A DNA stretch of 63,206 bases, the filler included, from Reticulomyxa filosa (Eukaryota > Protista > Foraminifera), in the NCBI GenBank assembly GCA_000512085.1. It is 9 parts of 9 records of this genome, joined end to end, with 100 filler letters (N's around TTAATTAATTAA, not from the genome) between each part and the next. Parts side by side here need not be neighbours in the genome. Positions count along the whole stretch, not along the records: positions 31,604 to 50,460 come from ASPP01010529.1; 8 more parts are not named here. One strand, written 5' to 3'. Within the stretch, counting starts at the first letter, position 1. Every line of letters starts with the position of its first letter. The position numbers and the translations under genes are program-made. Positions 37,298 through 50,560 of this stretch are shown here, in pieces. Under the pieces are notes generated by a model. It saw nothing but the letters and a program-made list of their open reading frames with translations. It made no database searches and was not told the DNA's origin.

Positions 37298-38639
37298 ATG
37301 TTGAATTTCAACGAAGACGAGTCGCTGGATGCAGTGGAAAGAGATTTGAATAGTGGCAAGGAAGACACAGTAGGTTGGTACCGAACCGTGGACCGTTTGT
37401 ACTCATCAGGACCGAAATCGAAGCGAAAGACGGAGTTGATAGAGAAGCTGTGTATAAAGATCGCAGAGCAAGCGATGAAAGAGATGGAGAGATGTTATTC
37501 GCAATGCAAAGAAATCGAAGAGCAAGCAAAGAGCAGCAAAAGTGAGCAAACACTAATGAAATACAGCCAAGTATTTTTGCCATTGGGATCAATTGAGCTC
37601 GCCTTTGACACATTAGAAAAAATGGAGACCACAAAGACGTTGATAAATATAGTTATTCTACTAGTTCAAGTTAGCACCATTTCTATTTTTTTTTTTTTTT
37701 TATGTATTAAGGTATGGAAGGTGGGAATGAACATGTACAAATCATATTCATATACATATGTGTAATGTGTACAACATGCGTTGACGTGAATAAAAACATC
37801 ACATTAGAATTGCTATAATATTTACGATTGGATATGTAACTATATAATGCCATTGTTGCATGAAGTGGAAGCGAGGAGTAATATCACGTCGAATAGTAGT
37901 AATCAACAGCAACAGCAAGTGATAATAGATTTGCCATTGGCAGGGAGTCGTATACGCTATCAACTGAATACCGGCATGACTCATTTGATTGTGCTGAGTC
38001 GTTATTTGAGCTTTATCGCGGCGGATTTGAAAGAGTTTGAGTTGTCGTATGTCGCCATAAAATATTATCAATACTTGTGTTACCACTTGTTATTCCATCC
38101 GCTCCACAATCACGCCGTCAAGTATGCCAACACATACGAGGAAATATGCTCTTTGGCAGTGAAAAGCATCAGCTTTCAGGTCAATATTCCCAAGGCCCAT
38201 GGCGCCGACCAGAACAAGGACAAAGATTCAAACAAAGAACAGAAAGAACAGAAAGAACAAAAAGAACAAAAAGAGACGAAAGACGACGCAGGTGCCAACA
38301 ATGACGTAAACGTCACAAAGGCGGCCAACCAATCAAAAACACTGTCCGCCAATCCGAAAGTGTTTGCCATGTTTGATAAGGTGCAATTGCCATACATTTT
38401 CTCGCATCTGCCCTCGCTGTCGCAACAAAATCATGCCATTGATCAGTTTCTTGATCAACACAGTTTTGCTTTTGCTGACGTATCAAAAGAGAAGAGAAAC
38501 ACACATATATACATATATAATACATATATAATACATATATAATACATATATGTGATAATAGAAAAGTATCTCCAAATGATTGAACTCGTTACTTTCCAAA
38601 AATCAATTGGAAACAATGATAATAATAATAATAATAATA

Positions 38640-38671
<32 letters not shown>

Positions 38672-39601
38672 AGTGGAAATAAACAACGAACTTCCGACAT
38701 TACATGGATTGATTCAAGGCTATTCGATGGAGTCAAGATTATGTGGTCGCTTGTGCTTGTTTGAGGAGGCGCTGATAGCAATAGAAAATGCAATTCGACT
38801 CGCGGAAAACGAGATACTATTGAATTTGGAGTGGAAACGCCAAAACACAAACAACGAGGATCGGGGCAATGACAATTCGTATTTGGTCTCTTTTCGCAAT
38901 CACGCAGCCGTGGACCATTGGAGATCGAGTACCGTGTTTGCTGAGTATCAAAAAGAACACGTAGATTTGTACACAATTCGAGGCAATATGTACAGTAATT
39001 TGGACGAATTCGGATTGGGATTCCAAGACAGTGATCTCTGTGTTCGATTGGCTCCAAATAGTAATATGTATGTCAACCGCGCATTTGCCTTTTTTCAATT
39101 GCAGAAATATCAGGAATGTGTCCAAGATTGCAACATTGGTTTGCATTTGTGGAAAAACACTCAGCATGCCAATCCTGACCAACGGGAAAATCTTTTGATC
39201 AGTTTTGCATATCTTTTTCAAAATGGATAAATTTATTTATTTATTTATTACTATTGCTATCATTACTATTGTTCGATGGGGTGGGGGGAACAATCCAACA
39301 TAATACAGAAGGGCTATTATATGGAAACAGAGGCATTGCAGAAAAAAAATTGAACGAATATCAAAAAGCAATTGTGGATTTGAACAAATGCATTGAGATT
39401 GTCCCCCAGTCGAGGGTCGCCAGAGAAATGCTCCGCGAAATTTGGGATGAGGTCGTCGACGTGCTGTACAACCAATGCAAGCATATCACTCATCTCGTTT
39501 TGCCCAAGGAAATTTGTGCAATTATCGCTTTCCACACTGTTGGAATCGATTTCGAATTGAATGAACAATGCCATCCCAGCACAATGGTGTTTGGCAAGTG
39601 A
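37298..39601 (+). CDS. TPR-repeat protein with C-terminal LPxEI(xx)II motif, multi-exon
   Basis: TPRs: YTIRGNMYSNLDEFGLGFQD, YVNRAFAFFQLQKYQECVQDC, LYGNRGIAEKKLNEYQKAIVDLNKCIEIVP. Tail VLPKEICAIIAFH. Confidence 0.8.
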
Positions 39602-40175
39602 TTTGTTTCTTCCTTTGTTTTTTAGATTTTACTATTAACAAATTTAATTGTGTTTTACGTTCTGATTATTTTTGTCTTTGTTTCGGTTGCTGCTTCGTTT
39701 TTTTCAATTGTTTCTTTGGTTCAAATTTGAATGTTCTGTTGTTCCAAAAGCACGCTGCATCCAAATCCGCAAAATTAAGATTTGATTAATTCAATATCCA
39801 ATATTTTAAAAGTGTTTTTTCTCTTTGGGAGGAGTGAAAATAGTATATAAGTTCTTTTGCTGTCTCTTACTCTTTTTCAGTGTTTTCTTCAACAAAGCGA
39901 AAAGCTTACAATTAGCAAAAGTTTAGTTAGGCTGATTTGAATAGTTTGAAAAAATGCAAACAAACAAAAAATATCACTTTCAAAAAAATCAGTTGCAATA
40001 AACGTCCATTTGCACAAAAAAATGCAGAATTTTTATCATTCTTTTGTTTATTTCTTATTTTTTCTTTTTTGACAACAATAAATGCACGCAATTAAACAAA
40101 AACACACATAACAAAGACGGAACAACTAATAACTTGTACATGTGGTGTGAGAGAAACAACAATAATTATATGAAG

Positions 40176-42537
40176 TTAAGCAGAATAAGATCTATAGAAG
40201 CGAAGGATGGTTAAAGTCAAAAAAGGAGCCATTCCTAAGTATAACGACAAAGTCATCCATAAGCCAATATGGTTGGATCGTGCACAAAAAAGGCCAATCA
40301 CAATGGCATTCAGCGCATGCCGAAGCAGTACACCCAACAATATTGTGACAAACATTCGCTTGTCTGCCTTATCTTTATTATCGCGCCATAGCAATTGATG
40401 AAAGGATTTGTTGAAAAGAAATCCAGAAAAACAACCTTTATTGTTTCATTCAAAAAAAAAAAAGGGATAAAAAGATTATTGGGATGACGTGTGGAAGATG
40501 AAAACAAAAAAAAAAAGCTAACCTATGGTGCCTCCAATAAGACTGACCAAACCAGCAATATTTGCCAAGGAGAGATATCCAATCGTCAATGGCTCCAAGT
40601 TTTGTAATTGGAAGTTGAGCTTAGTGTGTTCGATCCAATGAAATGGATTTCTAGAAAATGCAGTGCTGCTCCGAGTTTCGATGGAGTAGACTTGATCTTC
40701 GTAGTCATTGGACGCCGGGACGGTCTTACTAATTCTGGACAGCTCTTCGTTTTGATATTGCTTTTGCTTGGTCTTTTTATCCTTGTATCTCAACAATAAG
40801 CGCGACCAATACTCGATATAAGAGCGATGCAAAATGTTGTTATGATGCAACAGCGACAAGAATTTCTTTTGCTTTTCATGCTGTGTGGCCGTGGCCATCG
40901 CCATGGCGCCTGCTGTATTATCTCCACTTTGCCTTTGAGAAGTTACACTAACAGTGATTGGCGTAGTTACGCGAAGATTCGCACCTTTGTCTATGTCTTG
41001 TTGATTGGTGGTGAGACGTCTTTCGGCATCGTGCGTCAGCTTCTCATAGTCCCTGGAAGTCAGCAGCAGCATGTGACTTGTGGACCTCTCTGGCCCAAGT
41101 TTGTCCAAGTTGTCCTTCCAGTGCGACAAGTACGCAATGTTGGTGGCCCAATCGTACTGGAAGTACGTGAACGGATATTCGATCCAGTTATGTCGAAACG
41201 AGTAATTGAAAAATAGAGTTTCGTACAGCCATATGCACTCGAACAACAGCAGTACGTATACGTACTTGATCTCCTCCACCAGCAATACTAATATCAGTGA
41301 CACCGCCACTGTACGAATCAGCGTGTCGCAAATCATGTATAGTATCTTTTGTACACATTATTGCAACCCAACAAAAAAGTAGAGTGAGAGAAAGTTTAGA
41401 GGGAGAAGAAATAGAGTCTTATTTTATTTTTTTAAAAAAATAAAATAACTTCAAGGAAGGGATAGAAACAACGTGTTGAAGTGCATTTTGCGAATTTGGA
41501 AATCGAGCGAGACGTATCTGTACGGTACTGTTTGTAGGCCAGGAAGTAGTGCCAAGTTGTGAATGAAAACGAAAAGTGGAGATAGCGATCCAAAAGAGCT
41601 GGCCACTGAATGTACGCGAATAGGAATTGGGTTCATGCTGGTGGCTATAAATGGTCCTGCAAATGAGCATGATAATCAATGGGAGACCATAGCCGAAGAG
41701 CATTTGGATTTGGATCATGCACTCCAAAGACACCTCCATATTTTGTGCCGTGGACGCTTTTATACGCATACAATACGGCACACATAACTCCACACTTTGC
41801 TCCGCATCCACTTCCGTATCCATCCTCATCTGCAGTCCTGTATCTTTTCGATATGTATGACGATCATATTGCTGCTGTTGATCTTGAGCTCGGTTGGAAA
41901 CGGAGTCACTCTCTTCTATACTGACTCCACTTGCCACAGGTTGGTAATCCTGCTCCGCACGCTGGAACAGACGCTGCTGGCAAGTGAACAGCAGCAATCG
42001 AACCATGAGCAGCAATGGCAATATCCCGGTGATCCCAATTGCAAATACAATAACCATGGTTAACACTGTCGATAGCATCGTGTTGAGTCGATGAGGGTGG
42101 TCGATCATCACCTGCTCCAGAAATTGACACGTGTTAACCACGTTGGCAATAAACACTAAAAATTGCCAGCCCACAAACATCATTTCTTTTGTGTCTCGCC
42201 AACTTAGTGTCCAATTCTCGTATCCATTCATCGCCCCATAATATATCCCTATGCCCATATTGCACATGTACAGCACCATCATGCGCATCAATCCCTTCGA
42301 CATTGCAAACTTCTTCTTTGTCAAATGTCGATGCAAATGCTCTTTTATGTACGACGGCACCACTAACTCTGCCTTCCCTTCTTCTTTTTTTCTTTGTGAC
42401 TCCGAAATGCTCATATTTGTAGAGTCTCCTAATAACGTGTCTTTTTTTATACATTCAACATATGTTTTTGTGTACATGTTTTTGTGTGTGTGTTGTTGTC
42501 GTTGTTTGCTTGGCTTCATTTGCTTTGACAGACTCAT
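40176..42537 (-). CDS. Multi-pass membrane protein, possibly XK-related family
   Basis: Several hydrophobic helices across ORFs 41419-42537, 40518-41336 and 40176-40394. EVSLECMIQIQMLF and ICDTLIRTVAVSL loosely resemble the XK ExxLExxPQ and xxRxxA motifs. Confidence 0.55.
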
Positions 42538-44171
42538 CCCGCCAAGTTTTCATTTCGTGTTTGGAGGGGAAAAAGGCTATTAGATCCCTATTTTTATTCT
42601 CTATTTACCTTTCATATCGTCTTTTTAGTCGTAGAACACGCAACGTTTTTACAGTGATTACAAGCAAAGAAAAAAAATAGCTAATCGTTTTTTTAAAAAA
42701 ACGCCCTTTCTCATTTACCTTACAAAGTTAACAAAAGTTCAATTATAAACTTTTTTCATCCACACTTCAAGATTTAAAAAGCTTTGTTTCGAGGAGAATA
42801 TTACATGGATACATTTAGTCCGCTCCTCGAATTCAATTCAGTATCCCGATCACTCACATAGAATTCATGCACGAACGTAGAAAGTAGGGATATGGTTCAA
42901 AAAAATTTGCTCGGACAATAAGACCGATGACAAGTTAGTTTTTAAGCCTGCCAAATGACCGACTGAACAAAAAAATAATCTTAAATAATCAATTTTCACA
43001 CAAAAATGACAAAAAAGCCAAAGTCAAGAGTAGTCTCTTTTCAACAAAAAATATAAGTTTATTGCAATTAGCAACTTATTTGCACTGACACAAGCCAGAC
43101 AACTTGTCAAATCCATAACAACACATAGCAAATGGTAATTTTTTCGCAAAAAAAAGATTGGTCCGGTGGTAATTAATGTCACAAGAAAGGTGCTCTGGTC
43201 ACAACGGGTACTGTGGATATACATCAGATCGGGATAATCCGGCCAATAATCCTCACAAGACGTAAATTTACGATGATAGACTTGCAAAATGTTGCGAATT
43301 CCCGTACTATCCAGCAGCATAGTTTTCATGCTTATCATATTGTTGTCATTCATAATATATTAGCAATATTATTATCACAAACTGGTTCTTTATTTAATTG
43401 TTTCAAGTAAAACAAAAATTGAAAATGAAATATATTAATATAATAGTTAATACTTACTTGTACGTATTAATACACTAATTTAGCTTAAATAGATTTCATA
43501 TCAAAACGAAATAATTACAACAATAAATCATTACATGACGTTATAATGGTCTGATTTCGCTTCCAAAAACTTGAAAAACAAGCAAACATTACAGAAAAAG
43601 AGAACGAAAAAATGTCGTTCACCTTTCCCTTTCGCGTGAACGAGACAACCACACAAATTTAGTTTTATTTTTCAAATACTGACAAAAATTCAATTTACGA
43701 CAATTATTGGTATTACAAAAACAATATCAATACTATGAATGCAATTTGTTGAAAGAAGTGATACAAAACTATAAACTGTACACCCAACATACAATTTTAA
43801 TTTTGTTGAGCATTCAAAAAGCAAAATTTAAACGTAGGAAACAGTAGTATTTACGTTGACAATCGTGAACAATAAATGAACGTTTACAAACTTGGCTAAA
43901 AAGCCAGAAATAGATTTCGTGGTACATAATTGCGATTTTAGTTTTTAAATGAAGGATTAAATTCTAAACAATACGGATTGCAAATATTCAATAAAAGGTA
44001 AAGCAAATATTCAATTTTAGAATACTACTATGTAAACATTATGTACTCAAATGTGGAATGTTTAACAAAAGTTAGAAAATAAAAAAAACTCAGTAAGTAG
44101 CGTTTTTATCCCGACTGCAATCAAATTTGTCGGCTTCAAGGCTAGAGTTTGATTTTGTTTAACAATTTCAA

Positions 44172-44183
44172 CCTTTTCTCTCT
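44172..44183 (+). promoter_or_regulatory. Pyrimidine tract upstream of RPS26 (possible 5'TOP-like or initiator element)
   Basis: ccttttctctct lies 15 nt before the ATG. The TSS is unknown. Confidence 0.25.
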
Positions 44184-44198
44184 AAAAGAAAAATCAAA

Positions 44199-44864
44199 AT
44201 GCCAAAGAAAAGAAAGAACGGTGGAAAGAACAGACACAACCGTGGTAACAAAAGCTATGTGCGTTGTGACGTGAGTGGCAGAGCAGTACCAAAAGTAAGA
44301 GGGTGGTAAAAAAAAACATTAAAAAAAAAAACGCACACAGTTTTATTTTTTGTGAACAATAAATTCGGATAGGATAAAGCTATTAAGCGATTTGTGGTGC
44401 GCAATTTGGTTGATGCGAGTGGTGCAAAGGATTTGTCTTTGGCTAGTGTCTATGATTCTTATACGATTCCCAAAATGTATTACAAGACATACTATTGTGT
44501 GTCAGCTGCCATTCATCAGCGCATTGGTTTGTTTTTTTTCTTTCCTTTTTAATACGACCCCTATACTTCAATTGTTTCTTTCAACGGTCAAAAAAAATAA
44601 ATTATACGCACAATCGCATCTCATTAATTAAAACATTTTTTTTTTGAAAATAATATCTTTTTTTTTTTGCTTTATTTAGTACGTCCACGAAACAGAGATG
44701 AAAGAAAAAATCGTGAACCTCCACGTCAAGTGTTGAAGAGATGGGAACAACAAAGACAGAAAGAAAGAGAAATTGAAAAGAAAAAACTTGAAAACAAACA
44801 AAAACGAATTGAGGCAATAAAGGCCAAACAAAAAGCAAAACAGGCCGCTCCTCAAGACGAATAA
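44199..44864 (+). CDS. RPS26: 40S ribosomal protein eS26, 3 exons
   Basis: Exons 44199-44294, 44373-44526, 44680-44864: [28 protein letters not shown]|[37 protein letters not shown]|[15 protein letters not shown]. Confidence 0.96.
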
Positions 44865-45550
44865 AAAAAACATCTCTTACACATACTAAATAAAAACACA
44901 TTAAACACAAGGAGGGGGAAAAAGTCAAACAAAAAAAACCCTTTAAATGCAACAAAATTTTGCTTCATGTTTTCCCTCATTGTGATGTCTTCTCAACTGT
45001 GATTTAAAGAGAATCAATTAAAAACTCATTTTTGTTTAGACTTATTGCTTGCAATCGTGCTTCTCCATTCCTTTTGGCTTTTGTTGTGTAATTTTCAAAT
45101 GAACTTCAAAAGTTTGATACAATTTTCTCCTTGTTAAGAGGTGAAATTTCTCAACTGTTGTATTCGACTTTGGCTGAAATTTCGTGCATTATCGAACTTG
45201 CACTACTTGTGGTTATTACCACTTTATTCTGAGAAAAAGCATGAAAAAATTTGGTAATGACGCGGTTGTAAAATATCTATATTTAGTGTAACGCAGCTCG
45301 AAACTGTCAACAATCGGACGGAAGCAAAAAATTGAAAGAGTTAGTAAAACTTTGATAAGATTATTATTTTAAACGAAATTAAATGTTGTGAAAAACAGTA
45401 CGAGCTGCTTAGCAGAATTGTGTTTTGGCGGTACTGAGTTTACGAGACAGTAACGAACAAGGGATCCGCGAAGGTGTGAATAGTTGCGATTTCCGTGGAG
45501 AAAAGGGAAAAAGAAAAAGAAGGAAAAAAACTTTCGGAGGACTTATCAAC

Positions 45551-48500
45551 ATGAACATTGTATTGTTCGGTATCTCAATTTTTCTGCCATTGGTTGTCGT
45601 CAATGCAGATCCAACCCAAGGATTGTGGTAAGTGTTTCCTTCGTTGCGTTTGTTTTCACAAGAAAATGAACAAAAAAGTTTGAAACACATAACAAAAAAA
45701 GGGTAAAAACTTACACCGGTGAAATTACGACTTACGACACCCAAAGCAATGCCTCACGAGCATATGTGGCAAGCAGTTCGGGCATACTTGCCTCATTAAA
45801 CACCGACACAGGAGAGATATTGTGGAGACAAGCGTTACCCGGAGACGAGCCTTTTGACAAAGTCATAACGACCCGAAGAGGCAAGGAAAAAAAAAAAGCG
45901 TGACATAAATTCAATAAACATCTTCACTACCACCACAACAATAACACAACAAAATGGACAGGCCTGGTGACATTGAATCAAGGAATAGTGCGACAATGGA
46001 GAATGGACGATGGTGCCTTGGAATGGGAAAGTGCTCAATACAATAGTCAAAACACAGCAAATCTTCGCGTGGTAAAATACAAATATATAATATATATGTA
46101 TATGTGTATGTATGATTGTGTATTTGAGTACAGCCAATTAACAACATTGCAAAGCCTCACCGAGTTTGTATAAAACACAGAATAAAAATGAAAAAAAGGA
46201 TAAAACAAAACAAAATAAAAATAGAAAGCAGATATGGTAAAGATAGCAAGGAACAATAAAGAATATGATATATTGACAATAGATTCCAATGATATGTTGA
46301 CACTGTTCGGTTACGACAGTAGCATATCATGGAAAAGTCTGCCCCTGTTGTCCAATTTCCCCGATCATAGCAATGACGCGGAATATGAGCAGGTGTTTCG
46401 TGAAGGACATGCACATCGCATGATTGTGCGGCCAACAAAGCCAGTATCCACATCATCAGCATCCTCGTCGTCGGAAGAAAAGCCAACGGACGGTGAGAAG
46501 CCGACGTACGATGTGTGGATTGCCACGTGGACCTTGCAAGCGAAAGTCGTGATCTCTCACGTTGTCATTGATGCCTTTCGTCAGATGAAATTTGTCAAGC
46601 AATCGTCGGTACTCTCGTTCTCAACGACTCCGTGCGCCGCACAGTCGATCCACTCGTTGTCGTGGCTCTCGACAGAGGGCAATTCTGATCACTTGTTCTT
46701 CTTATTTCATTGCACGCACAACCTGTTTCTTCACACTGTGCACGCAGACACTTTGGATACCAAGGCCATCCCTCTCAAGTTCGACGTGTCGCCAAAGTCG
46801 ATTCGCAAATGGGATGTCACGTATGCAAACAACAAACCTGTCCTTCGAATCAACGGCAATGTTCTCTACACCTTCCCCGCTTTGGATGCAACACTCCATT
46901 CCATTCCTTTGCAAATTGTTCCTTTGCAAAGTCCTTCCGACAGTTTTGCTTTTTTTATTTTTTTATTTTTTTATTTTTTTAATGCAGTGTGTTATGTATG
47001 TGTGTATGTGGATGAACAAGAATAAAAGTAAGTCTAATCAATCCAAATAAATCAACACACATTTTTATTTCATTTGTTGGCTTGTTACAACAGCGGCCAA
47101 AGTGTGTGGGAATTCGCACAAGTACGTGATTGATTTTAAAAAAGGGGCCATTTTGCGTTTGAATGAAAAGAAACCGGTAGAATACTTGTTTGCAAATGGA
47201 CAAGAGTTTTTGCAGGACCATGGACCGATTGAACGTTGCTGGTCTCATGGATCCAACGCGATCGCACTCGTCACCAAAGACTTTGCTTTGAGCTTTATCC
47301 ACCTTCCGCAGGACTCCAACAAGGCACAACTGAAATGGGTCCGCGAAGAGTCGTTGGGGCTGCCCGTTGCTGTTCACATGTTTGACCAAAGTTTAAATGC
47401 CAATATACACAATACTCTGACGCGAACATATTACATACACGTATATATGTGTATGATAAATCAATAGCAAAAGAAGATATCGTCTGCAAGAATGAAGCAG
47501 AGTGTGAAGCATATTATCACTCAACATTCCCATCGCTGTCGCAACGCATCGTCAACGATTTGAAAAAATTGAAACAAAACCTATTTTCGGTAGAGTCATT
47601 GCAGGCACTTCCCAAATACGCAATTTCCACGTTTCGCTTGCTGTTAGCACGAATCGTTAGCAAAGTGCCAGTGCTGCAAATGTGGCTGCCCCCTGATTTC
47701 TTTGCCGAAGACGAGCTCGTGTTTTCGTCCATTGCCTTTGAAAAAGTAGTCACTGTGTACTCGCAAAGTAACAAACTGTTTGGCATTGAAACCGAAACGG
47801 GACACACGTTGTGGTCCGTATATTTGCCTAGCGTCATCGCCTCTGACACGACCCCGCTCGAACCTCTTGCGTTTGATGTCGTTGATATCCTTAAAATACG
47901 AGAGCATCCACCTCATCTGCTTATCATCTTGTCCGATCGTCTGCAATCCAAGTCTTGGCTCATGTCCATTGGAAGTCCCTTTCACTCCAATAAGCCGTCC
48001 ATACTTGTCCAATCACTTTCCTTCCAAGTTTTTAAAAAACACTCTTTTATTGATTGTCACGTTATATATTTCTTTATATATACATATATACATATATATG
48101 TATATATGTATATATGTATGTATGCATATGTGAGAAAGGTTCAAACAGCGATATTGACATCATGGACATTGGGAGAAAGTGGGGACAAGATTGTGTTGCT
48201 GGTGGATAGCCACAACAAAGTACACATCTTCCCGGAAAATAAAGAGGCTCAACACACGATCAACAGCAATCGTAATAGCATCTACTTCCATATCCTCGAT
48301 CGCAAACAAGATGCATTGATGGGATTTGGACTGATGGCCAACCGATCCAATGCAAATGACTTGCTGTGCAATTTGATTTGGAGCAAGTCTTTCCGCAACA
48401 CTCAGGAAAGAATTGTTGATGTGTACACACAGCCTCATGGACAACAAATTGTTAATGCTATGTTAAGTATTGTTTTGTTTTTTTTTTCTTATTTATTTAC

Positions 48501-49762
48501 TTTGCAAAACACATTTTTCCAACTGTCTTGGCTGTGCTGCTCCAAAGATATCGCACCGGGAACAAAGGGGCGTTGTACAAGTACTTGAACCCTCATTTGA
48601 TCGCAGTGGCGACGTTGAGTGTCGACAATCCTCATCTGACATCGCAACAAGAGCTGCGAAGGCGATCGAGCATTTACCAAAGCGATGACGCGAACAACAA
48701 AGCCAACAAAAAGGACGCTCTGACAGAGCTTCTCGTGACAGTGATGATGACAGTGACGACGATTCCTTCACCGTTAACAGAGCACTGCACGTCTACTTGA
48801 TTGATTCTGTCACTGGTCGTGTTTATACACACGACTATCATGCCAACGCAGCAGAGCCTGTGTCGCTGTTGTTATATGAAAACAAATTCGTTTATTCATT
48901 TTGGAACACAAAAACCCAATGTTTCGAATAGGGCGAGGGAAACATAACTATTTCATACAACTTATATATTATATACATATATGTGTATATTATTTACAAA
49001 AAAAAAAAGGACACTAACAAAAAACAAGACTGCTTTTTGATTTAATTTTTTGTTTGGCTTGCAGTGAGTGAAGTGTTAGTGGCCGATATGTGGCTGAACG
49101 ATCCGAACGATCTCAACGCAGACGGTCATGGATACGTGGTGTCGTCTAATCCCTTGGGAACAGAAAATACATTTTCATCTTTTAATGCTCCTTTGCCCAT
49201 CATTACCACGCAAGCGTACAACTACCAATATGGAATTGAAAAACTTCTCTGCGTCACCAATACCAAATACTCCATTACCAACAAATGGATCTTGATTAAA
49301 CTCACTTCTGGAAGTGTTGTTGCCATCGACGGCCATTTTCTCAACTCCAGACGACCTGTCGTTGATGAGCTGTATGTTTGTTTGTTTGGTTGTTTGCATG
49401 TTATAATATTTATTTATGTGTTACTCCCTTTTTACAGCAAAGAAGAACACCAAGAGGAGAAACTTCGACCCTATTTACAATTCTTGCCGTTCAACACGTT
49501 GACCGTGGTATCTCATGAATACACACTGAATCGCTTGAAATCGGTGATAAGTGTTGGAAGCACCATTGAAAGCACGACTCTAATATTTGGCAGTGGCTTG
49601 GACATGTTTTATCGACGTTTGACTCCGAGTGACACATTTGATCGTATCAGTGATGATTTTGATTTTTTGGTGTTGTTTGGAATGCTCGTGGGCATTGTCG
49701 TTGCCATAGTAGTTACAAAGTACATGGGACAAAGATATCAAGTTTCCAAAGATTGGGAGTAG
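45551..49762 (+). CDS. EMC1: ER membrane protein complex subunit 1, multi-exon
   Basis: Signal peptide MNIVLFGISIFLPLVVVNA; PQQ-like YVASSSGILASLNTDTGEILWRQAL; LYKYLNPHLIAV; VYLIDSVTGRV; C-terminal ESTTLIFGSGLDMFYRRLTPSDTFDRISDDF, then a TM helix and KDWE*. Confidence 0.93.
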
Positions 49763-50460
49763 CAAATAATACACCTTGCAATTTTATAAAGCAATTTTTT
49801 TTTTTTAATATTTTAAGAAAAAAAATGCAATTATTGGTGCAAAAGTTTTGGTTTCTTTGTTTCGACACATTATTGCAAACAAGAGTTCGCAACTTTGAAG
49901 AATTTCATTCTGCTTTTCGATCTTAACATTTGAGAGACAAAGCACCAAAATTTGACAAATTCATCCTCTTTGTGCAGCAATGTTTAAATGTTCCGAAACA
50001 GCCAGAGAAAAATCCATTGAGATGAAAGATAATGGATCACTCGCAATAACAAAAAGTAGAAAATTGTAATGTGACTAAGTTATGTTGCGCAATAATCTAG
50101 CACACTTAATGATCGTTTCAAACTTTTCAGAAAAAGTTTCTTTGAAGAAGACATGTGTTTGAATTGGTTGTAGACTTCGACATCTGTCGAGATTTGAATT
50201 TCATTTTGAAAAGTCAAAGTCAGTGTTTCAGCTGCCAAAGATATACAGAATTTTTTCAAGTATTTCTATTTTCGATTGCTGTCTGTTTCTTCCTTTTTTC
50301 ACTTTTCTTTCGTCTTGTATTGTCCATTTATTGTGATAATGGCTTTCCAATAATTTCTTTAATGAAAAATTAACTAAAATAAACTAATAAAATTATCACG
50401 AGATTTGTAAACGGAACTTGGTGAAATTATATTAATCTATTGTAATATTTGACTCCAAAC

Positions 50461-50560
50461 NNNNNNNNNNNNNNNNNNNNNNNNNNNNNNNNNNNNNNNN
50501 NNNNTTAATTAATTAANNNNNNNNNNNNNNNNNNNNNNNNNNNNNNNNNNNNNNNNNNNN
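50461..50560. other. Artificial contig linker
   Basis: N44-TTAATTAATTAA-N44. Confidence 0.99.
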
